Origin: Dehalococcoidia bacterium | GTDB taxonomy: Bacteria; Chloroflexota; Dehalococcoidia; Lucifugimonadales; Australimonadaceae | DNA: 64,000 bases | Reading direction: 5' to 3' | Assembly (NCBI GenBank): GCA_965247635.1 | Contig: CBDFHJ010000007.1 | Location: 132,630-196,629, forward strand | In this document: positions 8,980 through 16,495 of the stretch, piece by piece | Numbering within the stretch: the first letter of the stretch is position 1 | How the letters are laid out: the number at the start of each line of letters is the position of its first letter | Translations under genes and position numbers: made by a program | Notes under the pieces: model-generated | The model's input: the letters and a program-made list of their open reading frames with translations, nothing else | Told to the model about the DNA's origin: nothing | Database searches by the model: none

Positions 8980-10353
8980 TTACCCTATCTTCACGGGAAC
9001 GTGCGCCTCCTCACACTCCGCGCCGTCCTCCTCCAGCTGCACGGTCATGTGGCTGATGTTGAAACGCTTGGCCATGAGGTGACGCACCTCGTCCAGCAAC
9101 TGTTGGCGGCTGGCCTGGGCACATTCCGAAGTGATCACTACATGGGCGCTCATGGCGTCGTAACCCGGCGTGATGCTCCAAATATGGATATCGTGAGCCT
9201 CCATCACCATCGCAGAGGCTTCTATAGTCCGCTGGGCCTTAGCTACGTCGGTGTGCCGAGGCGCGGCCTCCAGCAGCACGTTGATGGCGTCGCGCACCAG
9301 GCGGTAAGAGGCAGTGAGGATGATGAATCCGATGGCCACACTGATGATGGGGTCAGCCAAAGACCAGCCCATGGTGAGCACAAGCACGCCGGCGATAATG
9401 ACCCCCACTGAGCCAAGGGCATCGCCGGTCACGTGCAGCAGCGCCCCGCGTACGTTGATGCTCTCCCGGGAGCCCCGCATGAGGAGCAGCCCAGCTATGG
9501 TATTGGCGGCCAGACCGAAGGAGGCGACCAGGATAACGATGCCCCCGCGGACCTCGGGGGGCGATGCGATGCGATGGCCTGCTTCCCAGAAGATGTAGCC
9601 AGCGATCGCCCAGAGCATTAGGCCATTGAGCAGCGCCGCCATCACCTCTACTCGCAAGTAGCCGTAGGTGCGTCTGGCGGTATTCGGCCGGTTGGTGAGC
9701 CAGGCGGCCACCAACGCCAGCCCCAGTGCCGCCACATCCGTCGCGCTGTGACCCGCGTCAGCAATCAGCGCCAGGCTCCCTGATAACAAGGCGCCGGCCA
9801 CCTCCACCACCATGAAGACCAGGATAACGGCCAGCGCCCAGGCCAGCGGCCTCATACGCCGTGCCGTACCAGCCGACGCAGGGCCACGGTGGTGAGCGCT
9901 ATGGGATTGCGAATGGCTCACGCAGCTCCCTCCCGCGTTACCAAGGTCTCTCTCGGGAGTGTGCTCAAGGTGCTCCACGGTCAGGGCTAGTAGGCTGCGC
10001 ACGTGCTCGTCGTCCAGGGAGTAGAACACCCGGTTGCCATGCCGGTGGCCGCGGACCACCCGGAGCATGCGCAGCAACCGAAGGTGTTGGGAGACAGCGG
10101 GCTCGGAGATCCCAATAATGGCAGCTAAGTCGCTGGTGCATAGCTCCTGGTGGACAAGTGCGTCGACAATCTTCACCCTGCTGGGCTCCGCCAGCACGTA
10201 AAAGGTCTCAGCGATGCGGTCGTATGAGTCGGTAGCGCGAAGCGCGCGCAGGCCTTGGGCCACCCGCTGTACGTTGGTGTCCTGGAGCTCGTGCGCCGGC
10301 TTACTTTCCGGTACCGACCCTGCGTCTTGATCGGCTAGAGCTGCATCAGTCAT
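8980..10353 (-). CDS. ArsR-type wHTH fused to a cation diffusion facilitator (CzcD/ZitB-like) transporter
   Basis: 457-aa single ORF. Residues ~40-130 are ArsR/SmtB-like (CTSDLAAIIGISEPAVSQHLRLLRMLRVV). A His-rich linker (SHSQSHSAHH) follows, then the CDF core (SGSLALIADAGHSATD, HVTGDALGS). Confidence 0.7.
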   Translation of the reverse strand: MTDAALADQDAGSVPESKPAHELQDTNVQRVAQGLRALRATDSYDRIAETFYVLAEPSRVKIVDALVHQELCTSDLAAIIGISEPAVSQHLRLLRMLRVVRGHRHGNRVFYSLDDEHVRSLLALTVEHLEHTPERDLGNAGGSCVSHSQSHSAHHRGPASAGTARRMRPLAWALAVILVFMVVEVAGALLSGSLALIADAGHSATDVAALGLALVAAWLTNRPNTARRTYGYLRVEVMAALLNGLMLWAIAGYIFWEAGHRIASPPEVRGGIVILVASFGLAANTIAGLLLMRGSRESINVRGALLHVTGDALGSVGVIIAGVLVLTMGWSLADPIISVAIGFIILTASYRLVRDAINVLLEAAPRHTDVAKAQRTIEASAMVMEAHDIHIWSITPGYDAMSAHVVITSECAQASRQQLLDEVRHLMAKRFNISHMTVQLEEDGAECEEAHVPVKIG

Positions 10354-10411
10354 TAAGCAAGAACTTAATTACTATTGCTGACGTTTGTCAAGTCTACCAA
10401 TGGGCTGCCTC

Positions 10412-11062
10412 CTACAGCCCCAGCAGGCGGACCGACGTACGCGTCTTATACCGGCGGTTGAGGTCCAGCAGCAGGGCCGTCAGGGACTCCGAGTGGCGGG
10501 AGTTGTCCAGGCCGCCGCCGTCCACGGCCCGCAGGGTTCGTACCTGCTCGACCAACGCCATCACCTGCCCCTTCGCCTCCTCGGCATCGCCACAGACGAT
10601 GACGTCACCCTCCACCTCCGTATCGGGGACCAGCAGGTCGTGGGCGCTCACGTGGTGAAAGGCGGAGACTACCTGGCTGGTTGGCAACAGGCCGGCTACT
10701 TGCTGTGCCGCGGAGCCCTCCGGCACCTCGACTGGCCGTGGGCGTCCGCCTTGAAAGGTGACGGCCGACACCACGGAGATAACCAGCTTCCCTACCAGCG
10801 ACGGCGCCAGGGCCTGGGCCGTGGACGCCAGGCCGTCGTAGGGCGTGGAAAGCACGACCCATTCGGCGTCGCTGGCAGCGTCGGCGTTGGGGGCTCCGGT
10901 GACGGACGACCCGGGCCGAAGCGCCAGTAGCTCTTTAGCCGCCGCCTTGGCCCGGTCGGCGTCCCGGGAGCCGAGGACCACCGCATGGCCCGCCATGGCG
11001 AATCGCAGGCCGAGGCCTCGGCCCTCGGGTCCCGTACCGCCGATGATGGCGATGGTGGCCAT
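10412..11062 (-). CDS. NADPH-dependent F420 reductase (NpdG-like)
   Basis: The start was set at Met22 (ATG 11062), preceded by AGGAGGAG. It has a Rossmann motif (MATIAIIGGTGPEGRGLG). Confidence 0.7.
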   Translation of the reverse strand: MATIAIIGGTGPEGRGLGLRFAMAGHAVVLGSRDADRAKAAAKELLALRPGSSVTGAPNADAASDAEWVVLSTPYDGLASTAQALAPSLVGKLVISVVSAVTFQGGRPRPVEVPEGSAAQQVAGLLPTSQVVSAFHHVSAHDLLVPDTEVEGDVIVCGDAEEAKGQVMALVEQVRTLRAVDGGGLDNSRHSESLTALLLDLNRRYKTRTSVRLLGL

Positions 11063-11128
11063 GGGTATCTCCTCCTGGGATGAGAAGCCCATTCTAGCCG
11101 CGACAGCGGTGGTTGACCACGTCAACCC

Positions 11129-11160
11129 CGTTCGCGCTTCGACAAGCTCAGCGCAAGCGG
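11129..11160. repeat. REP-like hairpin unit (family B)
   Basis: ccgttcgcgcttcgacaagctcagcgcaagcgg parallels ccgctcgtccttcgacaagctcaggacgagcgg at 42841-42873. Confidence 0.55.
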
Positions 11161-11309
11161 GGAAACCTAGTAGTAGGGTCGATCTCTACCATGAACGCAG
11201 GATGCCCATGCCGCTGGTTGCCCAGAGTTACTACACGAGCCCCAAACTAGCTAGGTGAGCCAACCTCTAGATTATGCCCCGATGAACGATCAGCTAGGCT
11301 CTTACCAAA

Positions 11310-12920
11310 CTAGCTGTACCTAGTTGGGGCCTCAGTTCGAATCCCCCACTGTGGGCCGGACTTGACGAAATCGAGAACCGAGGCCGATTCCCGCTTCACA
11401 CCGTCCTTTGGCATGGGAACGGTGTACGTCAGCGTCGCCTCGTCTCCCACCACCTCGATGCCCTCCACGAAGTTGCGGATGAGGACCTTGCGCTCGGGGA
11501 ACGTCCCCTCTTGCAAGAACTCCCGGAAGTCCGCCACGTACCCCTTGATCTCCTCGGTGGTCGGAAGCTCAACCCTCCGCTGCTCAAGCTGGGTCTCGGC
11601 GTCCTCTCTCGCAGCCTCCAGTTGCTCCTCACGGTGCCTCAGCGAGAAGATTCGGGGCGACAGGACCTCCAACGTCAACTCGCTCGTTTCAAGGGCCTCG
11701 TAGAGCCGCTCAAGACGCTTCCTCACGTCCCTTAGCTCGGCCTCGATGACCTCCAGCCTGCCGGACAGCTCACCGGCCATTGCGTCGATCTCTTCCGCCA
11801 CCAGCGTCACCAGCTCCACGATGGTCTCCTCGGTGAGGATTCGCTCCCGTATCTTCTCAACAATGAAGTCCTCCACCCTGGGGGCGTTCAGGTAGCGGGC
11901 GCTGCACGTCCCCGCTCCCTCCCGGAACAATGTCCCGCAGACGTAGTAGGCGAACTGGCCGCTCTTGGCCCCCTGGCCACTGTAGGGCCTGCCGCACACC
12001 CCGCACTTGAGCAAGCCGCTCAGCAGGAACTTGCTACCCACTCTACCGGGCCTCTGCACCTTCGGGGCACGGTCCCGCATCGCCTGCTGCACGGCGTCGA
12101 ACAGCTCCCTCGACACCAGCGCGGGCCATGCTCCCTCCACTCGCACCGGGTCCTGGGCCTTCTCTACCTTGGTGGTTCTGCCCCAGACGGCGGTTCCGGT
12201 GTAGGCTTCGTTGGTCAGCAGGTAGTGGAGTCCTCCCTTGTACCAGCGCTTTCCCCGGTTGGTGATGCCCCGGTCGTTCAGGGTCCTGCATATCTCCTTG
12301 AGGCCGTAGCCGCTGAGCGAACTCTCGAATATCTCCTTCACCACCGGAGCGGTGGCGGGGTCAACTTCCAGCGTGGGACGCTCCTTCATCCCGTCGCTGA
12401 CCTTCACCCGCCTGTAGCCGAAGGGGGCCTTGGAGCCGAGGAAGAAGCCTCTCGAAGCGGCCTCCCTCATTCCCCGGACAACGTCCTGCGCAAGATTTTC
12501 GCTGTAAAACTCATCGATGCTCCCGATGATGGCCTCCATCAGCTTGCCCGTGGGGGAGTCGTCGGCGTGTTCGGTGATGGAGACCACCTTGACACCCTTT
12601 CTCCTCAGCATGGACTTGAAAGCCACGGCGTGCTCCCGCTTGCGGGTGAACCGGCTGAACTTCCAGACGAGGATGACCTCAAAGGGAGCCTTCGGCTGGC
12701 TGCCCTCCTCGATCATCTCTCTGAACTGGGGTCTGTCCGCCACGCGTCCGCTCCCGGCCTCGTCCACGTACTCGCGGGCGACGGAGTAGCCGTTGGCTCT
12801 GGCGTAGTCCTTGAGCGCTCGCAACTGGGCGGACACGGACAGGTCCACGTCCTGCCGGTCGCTGGATACCCTGGCGTAGAGCGCCGCAGGTGTGAGCGGC
12901 TGTAGGTGCTTCTTCTTCAT
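11310..12920 (-). CDS. large serine recombinase (resolvase domain + recombinase domain + zinc ribbon + coiled coil), copy 1
   Basis: 536 aa. The catalytic N-terminus is ALYARVSSDRQD. The recombinase domain contains GLHYLLTNEAYTG, the zinc ribbon is CGVCGRPY...YYVCG, and there is a long C-terminal coiled coil. Confidence 0.9.
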   Translation of the reverse strand: MKKKHLQPLTPAALYARVSSDRQDVDLSVSAQLRALKDYARANGYSVAREYVDEAGSGRVADRPQFREMIEEGSQPKAPFEVILVWKFSRFTRKREHAVAFKSMLRRKGVKVVSITEHADDSPTGKLMEAIIGSIDEFYSENLAQDVVRGMREAASRGFFLGSKAPFGYRRVKVSDGMKERPTLEVDPATAPVVKEIFESSLSGYGLKEICRTLNDRGITNRGKRWYKGGLHYLLTNEAYTGTAVWGRTTKVEKAQDPVRVEGAWPALVSRELFDAVQQAMRDRAPKVQRPGRVGSKFLLSGLLKCGVCGRPYSGQGAKSGQFAYYVCGTLFREGAGTCSARYLNAPRVEDFIVEKIRERILTEETIVELVTLVAEEIDAMAGELSGRLEVIEAELRDVRKRLERLYEALETSELTLEVLSPRIFSLRHREEQLEAAREDAETQLEQRRVELPTTEEIKGYVADFREFLQEGTFPERKVLIRNFVEGIEVVGDEATLTYTVPMPKDGVKRESASVLDFVKSGPQWGIRTEAPTRYS

Positions 12921-13005
12921 GCTGTCCTCCTTGAGTGGATTGGTTAATCGTCAAGAGATTCGAAATGTGCCCCAGACAATGGCATACTTGTCCAAGATGC
13001 TTGGC

Positions 13006-13641
13006 TTACTCCCTCCCCGGGGGCAACGGGTCCTGCTCACTGGCCAACGCCTGAGACTCCCGAATAGACAGTCCTCGACTGGTCTTGTCTCCCCAAAGGC
13101 TCTTGACGTAGTTGAGCACCTCGACAATCTCTTCGTGGCTGAGCTGGTCCCCAAATGCAGGCATACCGCTCTTGAAGCTCGGATAGCTCGGGTCTTCCAG
13201 TAGCTTCCCGCCCTTGCTGACGATTCGATACAGGAGACCGTCTGAATGGTGCCACGTGTGGCCGTCGCCGTTGAGCGGTGGCGCTGGAAGCGTGCCGTCA
13301 GCCTTTTTGATATGCCAGTCGGGCTGACCTTCGGCAGCGACTCCATGACACACAGCGCAGTTCGCGACGAACAGCTCTCGCCCTGTTGAAGAGGCCAGAG
13401 GAGGAGAGTAGACTCTGCTGTCTGTTGGACTGTTGTCTCCGTTTGGTGAGGGAGAGCAGGCGGTCAACAAGACGAAGACCAGCATCAATGTGGCGAAAGC
13501 GGCGGCGTAGCTGCCTAACCCCACAACGATGGCGTGCAGGCAACAAACTACCGGCACGGTTCCCCGCTTGTGTATCACCGCACCAAACCTGCTGGGGACA
13601 CTGTAGCTTCTGGCTGATTGTGGATGTTTCTTCACACTCAA
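13006..13641 (-). CDS. membrane-anchored c-type cytochrome
   Basis: 211 aa with a TM anchor, a haem-binding CAVCH motif and a distal SGMPAF Met-ligand context. The start is non-ATG (TTG 13641 or GTG 13635), directly after the vapC stop. Confidence 0.6.
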   Translation of the reverse strand: MSVKKHPQSARSYSVPSRFGAVIHKRGTVPVVCCLHAIVVGLGSYAAAFATLMLVFVLLTACSPSPNGDNSPTDSRVYSPPLASSTGRELFVANCAVCHGVAAEGQPDWHIKKADGTLPAPPLNGDGHTWHHSDGLLYRIVSKGGKLLEDPSYPSFKSGMPAFGDQLSHEEIVEVLNYVKSLWGDKTSRGLSIRESQALASEQDPLPPGRE

Positions 13642-14064
13642 CTATCTGTCCACCAGTTCGATGCGATCGCCGTAACGTCGAAAGTCTGAGACGTTGAACG
13701 TCAATAGCCTGCGCTCCCCATGCGCCAGCATGGTTGCGACGATGTTGGCGTCGTGAATCTGCCGTCCCCCCGCGGGAATCTCTCGACACAGCCCCACGAG
13801 CGATTCGGTCACCACGGGACCGTCCTCGAGTATCTCGAAGCTGCCTATCAGCCTGCTCACGTCATCCAGGGCATCCTCACGGGTGATGGCCACCGTCCAG
13901 GTCTGCGGTCGAGTGACGACGGCCAGGTACTCTCGTATCACCTGACGGCTGATCCTTAGCGGTTCGGGGTCTCGAAAAGCGCGTTCCAAGCTGGCCCTGG
14001 CCGCGTCGTGGTCCGGCGCGCTGGGGACACGGGACTTCACCAGCACGTTCGTGTCTATGAACAT
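13642..14064 (-). CDS. vapC: PIN-domain ribonuclease toxin (VapC-like)
   Basis: The start was set at MFIDTNVLV (ATG 14064). The PIN acidic residues occur in the contexts DTN, EY, D..I and FNVSDF. It lies 7 nt after the upstream antitoxin-like ORF. Confidence 0.75.
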   Translation of the reverse strand: MFIDTNVLVKSRVPSAPDHDAARASLERAFRDPEPLRISRQVIREYLAVVTRPQTWTVAITREDALDDVSRLIGSFEILEDGPVVTESLVGLCREIPAGGRQIHDANIVATMLAHGERRLLTFNVSDFRRYGDRIELVDR

Positions 14065-14071
14065 GGCGGGA

Positions 14072-14476
14072 CTAAACCCTCTCCTCGTAGAGATCCTCAC
14101 GTCTGAGGCTCAGACCTTCCGGCCACACCGCGGTGGGGTGGACGGGCCACGCCTCGTCGAGAGAGAGCCTGGGTATGGGCTTCGTGTGCGTTCGCCGGAA
14201 CAGCAGCATCTCGCCATCCATATCGACCTCCGCCGTCTCCCAGCCGGCGACGCTCCAGGCAAGGGCGTGGCTGTGGCCATTGCCGCCTCTCTGATTTCCC
14301 CACCAGGGCCGGTGCAGCCGTGCGGACGGAGGCAGCTCGAATCCGATGACTGCCTCGACCTCGTTGAAGGAGGTCCTCCACTCCTGCACCTGAAGACTGG
14401 TCAGGTACGTGTACAGTCTCTGGTACTTGCCCCGAATCACCATCTCCAGGTACTTGTCCTTCTGGTCTACGGCCAT
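14072..14476 (-). CDS. chimeric antitoxin-like protein (defence-island-type N-terminal domain + VapB-like C-terminal tail)
   Basis: 134 aa. The N-terminal pattern YQRLYTYL...SFNEVEAVIGFELPPSARLHRPWWGN...HALAWSVAGW recurs in hypothetical proteins near R-M loci. The C-terminal WPEGLSLRREDLYEER resembles the toxin-binding tails of PIN antitoxins. Confidence 0.5.
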   Translation of the reverse strand: MAVDQKDKYLEMVIRGKYQRLYTYLTSLQVQEWRTSFNEVEAVIGFELPPSARLHRPWWGNQRGGNGHSHALAWSVAGWETAEVDMDGEMLLFRRTHTKPIPRLSLDEAWPVHPTAVWPEGLSLRREDLYEERV

Positions 14477-14530
14477 GTCGTGCCTCCTTCGTTTTAGCTT
14501 GCCCTAACCGGAGGGTAGACGTCGACATAT

Positions 14531-14559
14531 ATTGTAGTGAGTTAGTGACTCTAACACAA
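14531..14559 (-). promoter_or_regulatory. predicted sigma70-type promoter of the antitoxin-vapC-cytochrome operon
   Basis: On the minus strand this reads TTGTGT-N17-TACAAT. A GTAGACGTCGAC palindrome lies just downstream, and AAGGAGG precedes the ATG at 14476. Confidence 0.4.
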
Positions 14560-14993
14560 GCGCCTAGACAACGGCAACGGACCGGGTAGGGCTCACACGC
14601 ACAGCCCCCCCTCAGAAGGCGTGAGATGCCAGGGGTCGCTGGCGGTGTCACACCCGTGTACAGGAGATCGCACGGGGCGGCAAGTTGCAGTTCGGGCGAT
14701 TCCGTAGCTGAAATCGGGGTGAATGGGGCATCCTGCTAAATCGGAGCGAGCAATTTGATTCCGGTACTCGTTCCACCCCTACTGGACAGTCGCAGCTACG
14801 AAAGTGGACAAAATGGCAGTGGCGTTCGCGGACGTGATTGGAACATGGACTTTGGACTGCGTGATGGGGCATCGGCAGCTACGGATTGGGGAAAGTGGAA
14901 CATCGACGCGTAAGAGAGGCGGATGGGGTTGGAAGAACCGGAGGTCCGGGTGTTAGCAACCAGCAAAAGTGGGACACATTGGGAGCCGAGAGA

Positions 14994-15980
14994 TCAGGGG
15001 CTGGATGGAGGTCTGGCGAGCTCCCTGAGGGCCCTGTTGTAGCGTCGTCGCCGTTCGGTGGTTTGAGCCTTCACCTCCTTCCTGCGTTGTAGGATCTCTT
15101 GCCGTCTTCCCTTGAGCACGTCTGATGGTGTCACGTTGCCCAGAGCCTTGTGATAGCGCCGGTAGTTGTAGTAGCTGACGAAGGCCGCGATAGCGGCCTC
15201 AAGGTCGGCGGGCAACTCATAAGGCACCTGGTTGACGTCCCGTTTGATGGTCTGGTGGTAGCGCTCCAGCTTCCCGTTGGTCTGAGGGTGGAAAGGAGTT
15301 GCTAGGATGTGCTTGATGCCAACCATCCCCAGGTAGTCCCTGAATGCTCTTGAGACATAGCCTGGACCGTTGTCACTCAGCAGCCTGGTGCGGTCTGTGA
15401 CTGGAACTTGGTCCATGCTGGTCGTGTCCACAGCATCCTGGACCACCTCGATGAAGGAGTCGGCCGTCATATCTTGCTGAAGCCTGTGAGCCAGGATGAA
15501 GCGGGAGTAGTCGTCCATAACGGTGACCAGGTAGTAGTAGCCCCACCCAACCACCCTGAAGTATGAGGCATCGGTGGCCCACATCTGGTGAGGTCCTGTG
15601 GTCTTGAGGTGGTACTCCTTCCCCGCGGCCAACCGCATCTCAGGCCTCTTCACTAGGCCCTCCCTGCCCAGGATACGGTAGACGCTGGACTCTGAGACTG
15701 AGAAGCCCTGGTTGTCGGTGATCCCCGCGGCCAGCTGACGGCAGCTCAGCTCTGGCATCTCCCTGGCTGATAACAGGACTGAGCGTTCTTCCTGAATAGT
15801 GAGACGGTTCCATGGTGGCTGATCGCCTCCTGGTCGGTCCTCAAGTCCTTGTTGGTCTTGGCGTCTGAGCCACCGGTAGTAGGTGCTCTTAGGGATGCCC
15901 AGCTCTCTGAGGACCTTTCGCTTGGGGAGGGGAGACGAGGATACTTTGGTAACTACCTCTGCCTTCTCCGGGGCGCTCAT
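14994..15980 (-). CDS. IS3-family transposase OrfB (DDE integrase core)
   Basis: 328 aa with the rve-type motifs WATDASYF, VMDDYSR, LLSDNGPGY and QTNGKLERYH. Confidence 0.9.
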   Translation of the reverse strand: MSAPEKAEVVTKVSSSPLPKRKVLRELGIPKSTYYRWLRRQDQQGLEDRPGGDQPPWNRLTIQEERSVLLSAREMPELSCRQLAAGITDNQGFSVSESSVYRILGREGLVKRPEMRLAAGKEYHLKTTGPHQMWATDASYFRVVGWGYYYLVTVMDDYSRFILAHRLQQDMTADSFIEVVQDAVDTTSMDQVPVTDRTRLLSDNGPGYVSRAFRDYLGMVGIKHILATPFHPQTNGKLERYHQTIKRDVNQVPYELPADLEAAIAAFVSYYNYRRYHKALGNVTPSDVLKGRRQEILQRRKEVKAQTTERRRRYNRALRELARPPSSP

Positions 15981-16384
15981 CCGCTGGTACCGGTGGCGTC
16001 CTGGGGCATGGGGATGGCCGTTTTTTTGAGACGGTACGCCTCCAGCGACAGATCGGCCACTAGCTCCTTGAGTTCCCCGTTCTCTCGCTTGAGTTGCCCT
16101 ACCTCATGCTGAGTGGCGTCCCGAACCGAGTCACGGGTCAACCTCTCCTTGCCCGCCTCCATGAACTCTTTGGTCCACGAGTAGTAGGAGTGGGGCTTGA
16201 TCCCCTCCCGCCGGCACAGGTCGTTGGCTGTGACCTCGCGGCGGAAGCCCTCCAGAACAATTCGGATCTTCTCTTCGGGGGTGTACTTACGTCGGGCAGC
16301 CGCCTTCACTGTGCGGACGAAAGACCTGGTCTGCTCGCTTCGTTCCTCGGCGGCCTCTGCTTTGCTTACTTCTAATTGGGACAC
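15977..16384 (-). CDS. IS3-family transposase OrfA
   Basis: 135 aa with an HTH plus a leucine zipper. It has an ATGA overlap with orfB, and a -1 shift at the A7 run would fuse OrfA to OrfB. Confidence 0.9.
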   Translation of the reverse strand: MSQLEVSKAEAAEERSEQTRSFVRTVKAAARRKYTPEEKIRIVLEGFRREVTANDLCRREGIKPHSYYSWTKEFMEAGKERLTRDSVRDATQHEVGQLKRENGELKELVADLSLEAYRLKKTAIPMPQDATGTSG

Positions 16385-16495
16385 ATCTGCTCCTTTCTGT
16401 GGGTAGCTCTACCCTCATTTCAGGAGCTCACACCACCCTCCGACTCTCGGGTTTTCCTACCCTTATATGTGTCCCATTATCGCTGACGGTCTACA

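Larger units (their letters stand above)
14951..16495 (-). mobile_element. IS3-family insertion sequence, copy 2 (1545 bp, apparently intact)
   Basis: It has the same termini as copies 1 and 3. orfA and orfB are intact, with a slippery T7/A7 run at 16021-16027. Its orfA-proximal end abuts the truncated hsdR. Confidence 0.9.

Noticed and set aside
11318-11350. GTTCGAATCC-containing stretch at the 3' end of recombinase 1 that looks like a tRNA T-loop, which would suggest a possible tRNA-derived att site.
   Set aside because: The flanking 5-nt segments (CTCAG / CCCCC) are not complementary, so no T-arm or acceptor stem can be drawn. The stretch lies inside the coding sequence (…WGIRTEAP…).
12951-13789. 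ORFs 12951-13346, 13037-13255 and 13298-13789, which overlap the cytochrome c and vapC genes.
   Set aside because: They have no motifs and a poor composition. The cytochrome (CxxCH) and PIN frames explain the region.
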